Assembly (NCBI RefSeq): GCF_009914755.1
Contig: NC_060927.1
Length of the DNA stretch: 64,000 nucleotides
Reading direction: 5' to 3' (one strand)
Source of the DNA: the human T2T-CHM13v2.0 reference genome, Homo sapiens
Shown here: one piece after another, positions 24,642 through 37,866 of the stretch
Numbering within the stretch: position 1 is the stretch's first letter
Layout: the number at the start of each line of letters is the position of its first letter
Notes under the pieces: generated by a model
The model's input: the letters and a program-made list of their open reading frames with translations, nothing else
Databases searched by the model: none
Told to the model about the DNA's origin: nothing
Made by a program: the position numbers and the translations under genes

Positions 24642-27089
24642 GTTTTACTTTGGGTGGAATTCAAACTAAAACACGAAGTTTTTACACCCACACCCAACAC
24701 CTAGATAAAAGCACTTAGTTGGCAGGTTCCAAGCTTTCCTCATGAATTGAGGGAGAAGTCATAGAAGTTGATGGAACTCCATCATGGAAGGCCTTAGATG
24801 TCATGTGTACAGTGAAAACAAGTGATAATTACTTTGATTTTCTAGGTTTGGCATAATTGAATGAAAGTATTGTCCTTGAATACCTATCAGCAAATGCTGA
24901 AGTGAGAATCCTGAATAAGAGTTCCTAGATGCCATATGGGCATCTGTAGTTAGGAACAACAGTCAAGACTGACATCCAGGGCCCGGGAGGCTCTGGGAGC
25001 CCTGCCAATGTTAACCAGCAAAGGATCTAACATAATCTTTATTAGTAGAGAAAGTCCACTCTTGTCTCCTAGGACTGAGAGGTCTTGCCCATTCCAGTGC
25101 ATTTTAGAGCCTCTAGTACACCCTGGCTCCATGTGTCTGTACACCCCATGGGGTACATGAGCCATGTTTATTACTATATTTGATGGATAGAGCTGCTGGT
25201 CCTACTGACCTTCCCCATCCACCTGTGGACTCAGCTTTTTGCCCAACCCTTTCATCTTCAAAGCTTTGATCAATCACTTTCCATTTCCCAGGCCTAAGTA
25301 TGCTCCCATATTTGGCTGAAGACTATTCTGAGTCTCTTCTACCTTCCCAGAACACTGAGTCTCTGTGTCACTATTGTCCTCCCTGGGCTGCTGGTCTTTC
25401 TTTCCTTCTGCATTATAAAGAAAGAGCCTGCCTCCGCTTTACCCCTTCACTGCTTGACTCAATAACTTTGCTTTCTCATAATGAGGCTTCATTATAAGTT
25501 TTATTGACAGACTTATGTTATGCCACAGGAACCCATCTTGAATCAATTAAAATCAATTAATCACACTGTGATTAACTTTAATTGTGGGATGTTTCCTACA
25601 CCCAGCAAATAACCATTCACATATGTTTCAATTAATATTTTTACCCCCCTTTGTTGACAAATGATCTATTGTGCTTAAAATTAATTAAATGTTAGCATGG
25701 TCCCAATTAACATCACACTAACAATAAAAGATGCCTTGATTGCTAATATTGAGCAAAATCTGTGACAATCTACCACTTACAATGTACAGCATATGTTATT
25801 TAAACATGAAGGGGCCTAACCTCTTTGCAAATGCAGTAGATGACTGAATGAGAATGTGAAGCCATGTTTAAAGCTATTGAAAATCTTGGGTTTTGGGGCT
25901 CTGACATGAGATAAGCAGGGAAAATAAAACTTTGCCCACTTAGAAATAGTTGCTTATCTTTGTCTGTGTCTGCTTTGGTAAACCAAGATTTAATATCTAG
26001 TTTATCATTACTTCATATATAGTTCCTTTTTATTTTATTCAATATTTTATATTATCTTTGTCTCCTCTATCTCTAATAATCATTCTCATTCCCCTCTTTG
26101 TTGAGTGGGATTGCCTAAATGCTTTTGTGCTATAAATCCCAGACTGCATCTTTTATTTTCACTAATCTTTTGTTTTTGAGACCAATTTAATTAGGATATG
26201 TGGGTCTATTTAATGTGCAAATGTAATTTATCCATGCCCACATTGATAAGCATCCAGCTTGTTTCTAATTCTTTGCTTTTATAAGCAATGTGAGGATGAA
26301 TATCTTGGTGCATCTGAATTTAGGTACCTGTCTGCAATATCTTTCTAGGAAAGCAATCATTAGATCACAGAACAAGTACAAATTACATTCCAGAACTGAT
26401 CATATTTTACATAGGAGAAAATGGAGGTCTGGAGATGTTAAGCAATTTTTTAAGGTCAAGTTTGTCACTAGTCTTGATCTCAGGTCTGAATCTCGGTGTA
26501 CTGTTTATTTCACAATATGCTACCACCTCAATTTCCCTGACTTCACTGAAATTCTCTAAGTAAAATGTCTCTAGTATGATAGCTTCATTGTGTTCTAGCT
26601 TGGAATCATCCTTGTTTTAGTCACCTTAAATAAAGAGTTGACGTTTAATATGTAAGTTGCAACTTACTTGGAGACGTATGCAATTATTATCAGGCAATGA
26701 CATTGGGAACAAAATCCCAAACTCTTCTCTTCAAAAACATCTGCCTTTATTATTGAGCAAAAGCCTACAAAACCAGTCAAATATTTTGGAATAGGTGATA
26801 GAGACATAATAATATAAACCTAGGATATCAAATTTCCTCTCACAAAAGAGGCAAAACATTGCTTCAAAGATCAAAAAACATAATTCCCACATTTATTTTT
26901 ACAAATAACCTTGCCCTGAAGATTGTGTACATGTGTGTCTTTGAAAAATATACAATGATATAAATCTTTTAAGCTCTTAAAAGCTTAAACAGCCTTTGGA
27001 ACTTTATATTTCTTTTGGGTGTCTGGAAAAGGTTTTACTGCTAAAATGCCATCCCTAGATACATTTTCTTCCTCCCTATCACCCCTGCC

Positions 27090-27378
27090 TCAGTTCACAT
27101 TAATTCCTAAAAAATTAATTGAGCAATTGCTGAGTCTAAACACTTGATTACAGAAAGAATACGCATTCTGTGCCATTATAGATGGCAAGATAGATGGAAG
27201 TAAGTAACATATTTGAATGCTGAACCAAGGGCTCTGAGTGACCAGATAGAACCACTGAATCAGCTAGAGTGAGTAGTGAGTACAGAGGTGATATTTGAGC
27301 TAGACTTTAACAGGTGTGTAAGAGGTAGGCAGGCCGAGAAAGGGAGGAAGGCATTATAAGGATAGAAGAGAGCAGATC
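27090..27378 (-). mobile_element. L2 fragment
   Basis: gaggtgatatttgagctagacttt...gaaagggaggaaggcatt. Confidence 0.55.
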
Positions 27379-27849
27379 GCATCTTTTTCCTCCTGCGCTT
27401 ACACCCACCGGCTTTTCCTCCTACCTCTACAGTAGCCATGTTCAGAAATAATCCAGTATCCCTGAGGGAAGAGGAACAAATGTTCTACATTGCACCATGC
27501 TAAGCATGCCCCTCCAGTACTTGTGCCTGTGAAATGCATTTCACGCCTCATCTGTTTCCTAAATGAGATGTGAAAGCAGTTTACACCTCGTTTACATTTA
27601 TGCTGTTTTACCGAACAGCATAGACACAGCTTCATCCAAAGTAATGAAATGAGGTCAGTCACCCCTTTCTCTCCTTGGATTGAATCCACACAGTTCTTCA
27701 GATCCTCTTCAGCCCATAGTGACTTCCAGGCAAGCGGGAATCTACTAAGTGTTGGGAGAGAAGGTACTAGGAAGGTTGGAGGATGGGAGTAGCAACTAGA
27801 GTTCAGTTCCTTTTAGGTAGAGGAAATAGCCTTTCTTTCAAGCCAGCAG

Positions 27850-28472
27850 TACTTTATTGAGGTCTAATTTATTTCAATAAAATGCAAAAGTTATAAGTGT
27901 ACAGCTAGAAGAATTTTAACCTTTGCATATATCTGTAACCAACACCCAGATCAAGATATAGAACAATTCTCTTACCCTTGAAAATTATCTCATGTCTTCC
28001 CAGTCAATGCTCCATTCCCCAAAGATAACCACTGTTCTGACATTTTCCCCCATAGATAAATTGTGCCTGTTTTAGAACTTCATGTACATTAAAGCAAAAA
28101 ATGTGTACTCTTTTGCATCTGGCTTCTTTTGCTCAATAAGTTTTATGAGATTCATGCATGTTATTGTACATATTAGTAGCTCATGCCTTTGAATTGTTGA
28201 GTAATATTTCATTGTATGAATAAACCACAATTTAGTTGTTCTCCTGTTGATGGACATTGGGTTTTTGTTTATTATAAATAAAGCTGTTATAAATAGTTTT
28301 GTGTAAGGTTTTATGGACATATAAATTCATTTCTCTTGAGTACCCAGCTAGGTGTGGAATTTCTGGGTTGTAGTGAACATGTATTTTAACTTTATTAGAA
28401 ATGGCCAAACAGTGCTCTAAAGTGATTATACCATTTCACACTCCCAATAGTTGTGTATGAAAATTCTGGTTG
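27850..28472 (-). mobile_element. L1ME-like 3' region
   Basis: ctttattgagg...aagtgtacagct...cagatcaagatatagaaca...ttgatggacattggg; ORF 28072-28320 is an L1 ORF2 C-terminal remnant. Confidence 0.8.
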
Positions 28473-28711
28473 TTTTTATTGATTCAAGGTAATAAAATTA
28501 GTTTGGAAATCACTGTGAAGTGGCAGAAACTTATTCGTGGAATATGAGAGAAAAGACAAGATTGAATATTTTGGAAGGGAACTGGAACATGAATAGAGTT
28601 CCTATGCGTGAATATTTATTGTGCCATATGATATCTCTTAAATGTCCTGTTTTGCCTAAAATTCCCTATATTTAAAAATACACAACACACTTTGTCTTCT
28701 CTAAATTATAC

Positions 28712-28815
28712 GCCTATAGGATGTAAAAGTAGATGTAAAAGATGCCTATAGGATGCCTAAAAGATGCCTATAGGATGCAAAGTAGATGTAAAAGATGCCT
28801 ATAGGATGTAAAAGT
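28712..28815. repeat. Short modular tandem repeat (GATGCCTATAG / GATGTAAAA modules)
   Basis: CCTATAGG palindrome four times (28713, 28745, 28767, 28798) with gatgtaaaa-type spacers. Confidence 0.85.
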
Positions 28816-29030
28816 GAACTAGGAGTCACACACCAATAATGCACAAGTAGGTCACTTACATACCTTCACCAAAAGTAGACCAGTAGTGTTTCAATTTTTT
28901 ACCAAACTGATAAACAAATATTTGTATCTTCTGTTTTTATTTTTTGTGCTTGGATTAATAGAGTAGATCATATTGTTTATTTATTTATAGATATTTGCTC
29001 TTTTTTCTTCATGTGTTGGCTCTTCATATC

Positions 29031-30290
29031 TTTTTATTATTATTTTTATTATTTTAAAAATGTGGGTACATAGTATGTATATATATGTGGGACATGAGAT
29101 GTTTTGATACAGGCATGCAATGTGTAATAATCACATCATGGAGAATGGGGTATACATCCCCTGAAGCATTTATTTTCTGAATTACAAATAATTACATTCT
29201 TTAAGTTATATTAAAATATACAATTAAGTTGTTATTGACTGTATTCACCCTCTTGTGCTATTAATAGTAGGTCTTATTCATTCTTTCTGTTTTCTTTGTA
29301 CTCATTAACCATCCCCACCTCCCCACTAATACCCCACTACCCTTCCTAGCCTCTGGTAACCATCTTTCTATTCTTTATTCCATTAGTTCAATTGACTTGA
29401 TTTTTAGATCCCACAAATAAGTGAGGACATGTGATTTTTTTTTTTTTTCTGTGCCTGGCTTATTTCACTTAACATAATGATCTCCAGTTCCATGCAAGTT
29501 GTTGCAAATGACAGGATCTCATTCCTTCTCTGTCTGAATAGTACTCCATTGTGTCTAAGTACCACATTTTCTTTATTCATTCATCTATTGATGGACACTT
29601 AGGTTGCTTCCAAATCTTAGCCATTGTAAACAGTGCTGCAACAAACATAGGAGTGCAGATATCTCTTTGATATACTGATTTCTTTTGGGTATATACTCAG
29701 GAGTGGGATTGCTGGATCATATGGTAGCTCAATTTTTAGTTTTTTGAGGAACCTCCAAACTGTTCTCCATAGTGGTTGTACTCCTTTACATTAGCACCAA
29801 CAGTGTCCAAGGGTTCTCTCTTCTCCATATCCTTGCCAGCATTTGTTATTGCCTGTTTTTTGGATATACGTCATTTTAATTGGTGTGAAATGATATTTCA
29901 TTGTAGTTTTGATTTGCATTTCTCTGATGATCAGTGATATTGAGCACCTTTTCATATGCCTGTTTCCATTTGTATGTCTTCTTTTGAGAAATGTCTATTT
30001 AAATCTTTTGCCCATTTTGGGATTGGATTATTAAGTATTTTTCCTACAGAGTTGTTTGAACTCCTTATATCAGGTTGGTACAAAGTAATTGCAGTTTTTG
30101 CCATTACTTTGCACCAAGCTAATATATTCTGGTTATCAAGCCCTTGTCAGGTGGGTAGTTTGCAAATATTTTCTCTCATTATGTGGGTTGTCTCTTCACC
30201 TTCTTGATTTTATCCTTGGCTGTGCAGAAGCTTTTTAACTTGGTGTGATCCCATTTGTCCATGTTTGCTTTGGTTGGCTGTGCTTGTGGG
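29031..30290 (-). mobile_element. L1MA1-3-like 3' portion
   Basis: gttttgatacaggcatgcaatgtgtaataatcacatcatggagaatgggg; tttagatcccacaaataagtgag; end of ORF2. Confidence 0.9.
30070..30122. mobile_element. MADE1 (Hsmar1-derived MITE), internally deleted
   Basis: tcaggttggtacaaagtaattgcagtttttgccattactttgcaccaagctaa with both termini and flanking TA dinucleotides. Confidence 0.85.
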
Positions 30291-31911
30291 TCTTCATGTC
30301 TTTTGCCCATGTTCTCTGGTATTTGTCTTTTTCCTGTTGCTATTTAGATTGCTCTATATTAACTATTGCTTGTCATATATGTTGCAAATAGTTCTCCAAT
30401 TTTGTTGTTTATTTTATAAGAATGACTTTTATTATTTAAAAAATGCTACTTGCCCTTCATAAAACATTTAATCAACAGAGAAGATCATAGAAAGGTAAAA
30501 ATTCTTCCAAATTCCACTTCCCAGATACAAAACAAAAAACAAAACCTAGAAGTAATCAACAAAGTTCTGATGAAAATTACTTCAGATATCTCTCCATGTT
30601 TATACACAGATAACCAACTAGGTATGTAGGTAGAGGTTTAGAAATTTACCTAAAAAGTACAAGGTAAGTTGTAATTAAAATGGCTGCACTCAAGGTAAAT
30701 ATTTCTTTATTATAAAACATATTTCTAAACAATTATGAAAACTTTTATGAATTTGGAATAATATTTGAGCCACATAATTTGACTTTGGAGTGTACCTTTG
30801 GAAATCTTTGCTAAAAAGATGAAAAAAATAGCAAACATATTTTTTTCTGTCTTTCCTCAGCACTTCTAATTTTATTAGTTATTTTAATATTGTCAAGTTT
30901 TATAATATTTAAAGCCCTTTTTCTAACTGTAATTCCCACAATTGTCAATTTTTCTTCTATTTTTAAACAGATCATCAGCTTCACCTTGGCATTTCCATTC
31001 TTTTTTCTTTATTTTGATTTATTGCTTTTTATGCATATTTTATTATTCTAATAACATCTTTTCATGCAGGGCTCATAGGTGTTGGATTTCCTGAGTTCTT
31101 GAATATTTCAGGATATTTCTCAGTTTCATTTGAATTTGAATAATCACTTGGCTATGTATACAATTATTGTCATACCTTCTTTTACTTAGAATTTATGCAT
31201 ATTGCACCATTTTCTACTGATACTAAATGTTGCTTTGGGTAAAGCTGAGATCAATAAAAACCTCACCAAATCCCTTTCCAACACACACACACACTCACAT
31301 TCCCCCCACCCACACACACCCCATAAGTCTATATATAACTTTCTCTTTCTGTCTAGATGTCCTTTTGAGTCTTTCCCCTTTTATATATATTTATTTTAGT
31401 GATTCCTCTAGAGATAATAACATATATATCTGTCTTAATCAAAGTCTATTGTTATTTGGAGCTTTTGTCTTCTTCCTAGACAATGTTAAAAATGTTAACT
31501 CTGTTTAACATCTTATCAACTTATATGAGTTGTTGTATTTGTTGCACATTTTCATTCTCTCTGTATTTTAAACCATATAAAACACAAAAATATGCATTTA
31601 GGTTGACACATATTTAGCGTTTTGTTGCTCTTTGTTTCTTTCTTCATCTCCAAGCTTCCATATGAGATCATTTTCTTTCTGCCTGAAGAACATCCTTTGC
31701 TATTTCCCTAAATGTGGTCTGGATCTGTTGCTAATGAATTCTTTTAATTTTTGTCTTTATTTCACCTTCATTCTCTGAATATGTTTGCTGAGTATTGAAT
31801 TCTAAAGAGATACTGTTGTCTTTCAGCACTTTGAAGTTATGTGTCAGTTGTCTTCTCATTCTGTTGTTTTTAATGAGATGTTAGTCACCTATCAGCCTGA
31901 TAGTCACTCGT

Positions 31912-32328
31912 TGTAATGAGGAGTCTGATGCCATATTAAAAAATATTTGACTGCTAACAATTTTTAAGACTCACTCCATCTTCTTTCCTTTCTGCCCCAC
32001 ATTTGGACAAGTTGATAAGAAAGCTTGAGTGCATCCTCTTTTGGCACCAGCCGCACTCAAACCATGTGAGTCTCTGCCCATGTGAGGAAACTCTCACCCT
32101 GTCCCACCCTCTAAACCCAGTAAAAACCTAGGCCAGTATTTTTTTTCCTTGCTCTCTCAAGCCATTTCAGACCTGCTTGAGAGGCTTGCTCTGCTCTCCC
32201 CAGAGACCTCAATTATGTAAATAATAAACCTCTTCATACTCTTTTAATGTGTGTGCAGCACCTTCAGTCTTGACATGTGAACCAAATTTTGGGTTGGGGT
32301 CCATCTGCCTCTGTAAGGGACCATAACA
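31912..32328 (+). mobile_element. LTR47-like solo LTR
   Basis: TG...CA, ~417 bp; ccccagagacctcaattatgtaaataataaacctcttcatac...accataaca. Confidence 0.72.
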
Positions 32329-32468
32329 CTTTTCTAAAGACTCTCTTTTATTTAGTTTCATCAATTTTATTATGAGAAGCTTAACTTTTTTTTTTTAATT
32401 ACTCCGTTTAGGTTTTCTTGAACCTGTAGCTTAAAGTTTTTCATCAGTGTTTAAAAAAGCTCTTACCC

Positions 32469-32764
32469 TACTGGGTGCAGTTGGTCACACCTGTAATCCT
32501 AGCACTTTGGGAGGCCGAGGTGGGTGGATCACAAGGTCAGGAGATCGAGACTATCCTGGCCAACATAGTGAAACCCTGCCTCTACTGAAGATACAAAAAT
32601 TAGGTGGGCGTGGTGGCACGTGCCTGTAATCCCAGTTGCTCAGGAGGCTGAGGCAGGAGAATTGCTTGAACCCTGGAGGCGGAGGTTGCAGTGAGTCAAG
32701 ATTTCACCGCTGCACTACTCCAGCCTAGCGACAGAGAGAGACTGTGTCTCAAAAAAAAAAAAAA
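32469..32764 (+). mobile_element. AluS (Sc-like)
   Basis: ggatcacaaggtcaggagatcgagac; poly-A tail; TSD AAAAAAG(C/T)TCTTACCC. Confidence 0.96.
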
Positions 32765-33489
32765 GTTCTTACCCATAATTGCTTCAAATATTGCTTCCGT
32801 ACAATCCTTCCATTCTGAGATTTTATGATGTCAGTGTTTCTTACTTTTTTTCTAACCCCTTTCCTGTATTTCTCATCCTTTTATCTTTCCATGTTTCACG
32901 TTTGATATTTTCTTCTAAACTTGCTTCCAGTTCAATAATTCTTTTTTCACCAGTGTCTAAACCTGTACATAATATTCTTGATTTAGCTAATTGTATTTTT
33001 CAGTTCAAGAATTTTGATTTGGTTTAGTTCCATAATTCTTAATTATCTTTCAAAATCTTCAATCTTGTATTTTATCTCCTTGAATATATTAAGGATGGTT
33101 ATTCTAAGTTTGTTTGGGAACTCCATTATCTTAAACTTCTGTAAGGTGTTTTACTTGCTTCTTGTTTCTCTTGGTTTTTTCTTTGTTTGTTTGTGTTTTA
33201 GTTTAGATTTTCTTGCCTCCTTATTTCTGTTTGCTTTTAATTCTTGAGTGTCCAGTTGGAGAACTGGCCTGAAGTACCTACTCTGTTATTATCAAAAGTG
33301 GAAGCCTGAGTTTCTAATTTATTTTATTTTTATTCTTGATGTTTGATACTTTCATTACGATAGAATTGTCGGTGAATATTCTGTAATCAATTACCTCTAC
33401 TACTCCCCCTCAGGATGTAATATTTCTTTATTCTAGGCAAATTTACTTCTACTATTGTTAATTTTTTTGTTCTTTCTCAGGATACCAAT

Positions 33490-33600
33490 TATATATATAT
33501 ATATAATGTATATATATATTTTTATATATATGTGTATATATATGTATGTATGTGTATATATATGTATATATATATACACATACATACATATATATATATG
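33490..33600. repeat. (TA)n/(TATG)n microsatellite containing a perfect inverted repeat
   Basis: Direct reading of 33490-33600. Confidence 0.95.
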
Positions 33601-33900
33601 TTGATTCTTCTTTGCTTTTAGTTTATCAGTCCTCTTAAAAATAATTTGAATATCTTTGTTATTTTTCTGACTGTTTGAATAATTACCTGAACCCTGTTAG
33701 GGTCTTGGCTGTGTTTTAATTATATATATAGATAGATAGAGTCAATAGAGTTCTGCTTTTAATATGGCTTTAATCTCTGCAATGTTTTCATTTTTCTTTT
33801 ACATTTCTACTTGAGCTTTATCAGCTCACTTTATTACTCCTTTTATTATCTTATAATCTCTTTTGAAGCTTTTGAACCTTTAGTTCTCTTTTTGAAGTCC

Positions 33901-34226
33901 TTTTTTATTTTTATTTTATTATTTTATTTTACTTCTGTATTTTATTGAAACAGAGTCTTGCTCTGTTGCCCAGGCTGGGATGCAGTGGTGTGCTTGGCTC
34001 ACTGCAGCCTCTGCCTTCCAGGTTTAAGAGATTCTCCTGCCTCAGTCTCCTGAGCAGGTGGGATTACAGGCACCCGCCACCACGCCTGGCTAATTTTTGT
34101 ATTTTTAGTAGAGACAGGGTTTCGCCATGTTGGCCAGGCTGATCTTGAACTCATGACCTCGAGTGATCTGCCCACCTCGGCCTCCCAAAGTGCTGGGATT
34201 ACAGGCATGAGTCACTGCACCTAGCC
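33901..34226 (-). mobile_element. AluS (Sx-like)
   Basis: Reverse Alu; TSD TTGAAGTCCTTTTT at 33892 and 34227. Confidence 0.96.
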
Positions 34227-35327
34227 TTGAAGTCCTTTTTTAAAAGAAAGAGTTTCATGTAATTCTTTGAGACTTTGAAGAATTATTTGCACGAGTCTTC
34301 TATTTCCTTATGGATGCCTTTTATCTTGTGTTATTTTCCTTTTTTCTTCTTTATTATTATTTTTTAATGAGTAGATTTGAAGCTGGTCCATTTTTATTTG
34401 TAGCTTATCTTTACATGGGATCAACTAGTTATTGTGTGTGGAGCAACTTGGTGTAAGGGTTGACACAAAGCTATCCATGACTTGAATTCAAGATTGTAGC
34501 CTTAAACACTCTGTCATTTAATCAGTAATCTGCTTTACCCTGGGGTTAATTTTTGCCCTTAGCTATTGAAAGTTAATGTTCAGTATGGCCCACAGAAATT
34601 CCCTTTAGTTCACTAGTTTTCTGGGTTATTATCTGGCATTTGTGTCCTTCCCACTTGCTTTCTTTTTGCTTCACGTCTGGAAGTCTTGTTTGGTTAGGGC
34701 TCTCAGAAAGCACATTGGCCAGACTTGAAAAAAAAATTGGTGTACTGTTCTTGCAACACCTGGAATTATAATTTAGGCGGCCCTTGGGCAGGAGCACAGT
34801 CTAAATCTAAAGGCAGATGCTTGTTTCCTGGGCTGATGCCCAGCTGCAAGTGATGGGTGTTCTTTCAGAGAGGCCTCAGGCAGTGTCTTAGGATTGGGTT
34901 CATATTGGACTTCTGCATGCCATCGGATATGCTGATAACTGTCAAGAACCCGTGGGAAGCTCTCTCTAGTCAGCCCCAAACTGGCTCTTTGAGCTGACTT
35001 TTTCCTCGAACCAATCCTCCAAGGACCTATTCTCTTTTGCTTTTTATTCTCAATAGTAGCCAATTTGCACTACAACACTGGATTTTCCTCTTTCAAAACT
35101 TAGTAGTAAGAGAAACTCAGTCTCTTCAGCTTCTTTGAAACAAATACTAAAACCTTTGTGTTTTAAGAATTTTGTTGTTTATTCTTCTGGGAAGGAGTTA
35201 TTTCAGAGTTAACAAAATGGGAAAGCAATAAAGTCTAATAAACTGTGGAATCCTGATCCAGGGTTATAGAATCTTTGACTTTTTTCTGATGGCAGATTAA
35301 TGTAAGGTCTTTGGCTGTATTGTAGAA

Positions 35328-35566
35328 TGGTGTAATGGCCAGAAACTGGGTTCTAGCTTCAAACTCTGGTTCTACCATGTTCCAGTTGTATGATTTAGGA
35401 AAGTTACTTATCCTTGTTGTTCTTCAGTTTTATCCTCATTAAATGGATATGATAATAGTACCTACCTCCTGGTATTATTAAGGTTTAAACGAGCTACTAC
35501 TGTAAAGGGTACCATGCTGTGCCTGGTACACAGTATGATGAGTTCATTGAAACTTTGCTATTATTA
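35328..35566 (+). mobile_element. MIR, near full length
   Basis: tggtgtaatgg...gatttaggaaagttactta...ataatagtacctacctc...gtgcctggtacacagta...gctattatta. Confidence 0.8.
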
Positions 35567-35700
35567 GGTCCACTGATTTTCTTCCAAACATGCACACTAG
35601 TAGCCTCATCCTTACATTTCCCACTCTTCTTGGAAAGAAGAAGTGTCCTGGTAGAGGAATAGTTCTCAAAAAGATTACTGACAGAAACTCTTCCTCCACA

Positions 35701-35990
35701 AAGACATTTTCCTATAGGGATTCTAAAATCAAGAGGATTCTTCCTGTACAAGGACCTTTCCCCATGAGGACTGTTCCCTACGAGGACACTTTCTCATGAG
35801 GACATTTTCCCTTTAGGAACCCTTTCTTCCTGAGGTTCCTCTACCCATGAGAAATCTTCTTCCATGTGGACCCTATTTCTATAAGGATCTTTTCCAATGA
35901 GGACCTTTCCCACATGAAGACTAATCCCCTTGCCGAGAAATAGGGAAAATGTCCTTCATCCCCTAGGACGACATTTTCCCCATTAAGTCT
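35701..35990. repeat. Degenerate 16-17-bp tandem array, consensus ~AGGACnTTTCCCCATG
   Basis: Unit starts at 35734, 35751, 35767, 35783, 35799, 35815, 35833, 35850, 35867, 35884, 35900, 35917. Confidence 0.75.
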
Positions 35991-36008
35991 TGTCTCCCTT
36001 CTGCATAA

Positions 36009-36337
<329 letters not shown>

Positions 36338-37541
36338 AATCCTTAGTAACTTTAAGAGAACTATTCCTCTATCAGAACTCTTGCTTTTCAAGGATTCTTC
36401 CTCTGAAAAGTGGCCTCAGGAGACCCTGTGGGGAAATTAGCATCTAATTTTTGGACAATTTCCCTTCCTAAGAACTGCCAGCCAGATCATTAGGCCTCAG
36501 TCCTTGGCCAGGCATGGCCTGTGTTGGCATTGTGCACATTTGACCAAGAGCCTTCTCGTTGATTTTGGTATGCATCTGGCTTTGGGGAGATCAGTGGTAG
36601 CAGCTAGGTATGGACCAGACCGTCATTGTAACAGTAGCCTTGATTATATTCCATTTTTCTGGGCATGCCATGATAGGAAAGTGGGATATACAGGTCACAT
36701 ACCAATTAGGTCAGGATGCCCTGGCAGCAGACTTACTTGTGGGACATCACAGCAGCAGGAACACATAAGAAGGGCATAACAGGGTAACTAACTATTCTTC
36801 TCCGTGAAGAATACATGGTGCTTGACATAGGAGTAGGGTACTATGGTTCTGATTCTCAATGAGCTATTAACCTAGAGGAATTGGAGGAGTAAATTATGGA
36901 ATATAAACAAAGTGGAATGAATAAGTACTAAATTCAACTATTTTGTTCATCCACATTCAATTAAATACATTGTTTCAAATTGTGATAATTTGCAAAGAAA
37001 AGCATAGTATTCTAGATAGAAGTATAGTATGTATCAAGACCTGGGGCACTGAAAGGAAGTCAAAATCCATGGCTTTTTTTTCCTGGAAAAGTCTGGCAGG
37101 CCCCTGTGTCAGGAGCATAGAGTTGGTAAACAGAAATTGTGAGAGATGAAGCAGCATAATCCTTTTAGGTTCAGACCCTGAGAAGCTGTGCTAAGGATTT
37201 TTGATGGGATTGTGTAAACAATGAGAATCTGGAACAGATTGTTCAGGAAGGAAGTGGTCCAAATCACACAGGAAGAAGACACACCTGTTGGTTGTATGGA
37301 GACCTGGAAAGTGAGAGAGTAAAAGAAAAGGAGTGCATTAAGATGCCATCACAAGAACTGAGCCCCAAATGCTGAAGGCCTGGGTAAAACAGCACCTGTG
37401 GAGCAGGAAAAGAGAGGGTAGATATGGATATGAAAGCTTGAACAGTCCCCCCTCAGTGATCGGAAGTGTAAGAGAGAGGATAATCAGAGATAGCTGAAAG
37501 CTTTTAGTATAGGTGTCTTTTTTGGAAATTAAGAATCAGTC

Positions 37542-37866
<325 letters not shown>

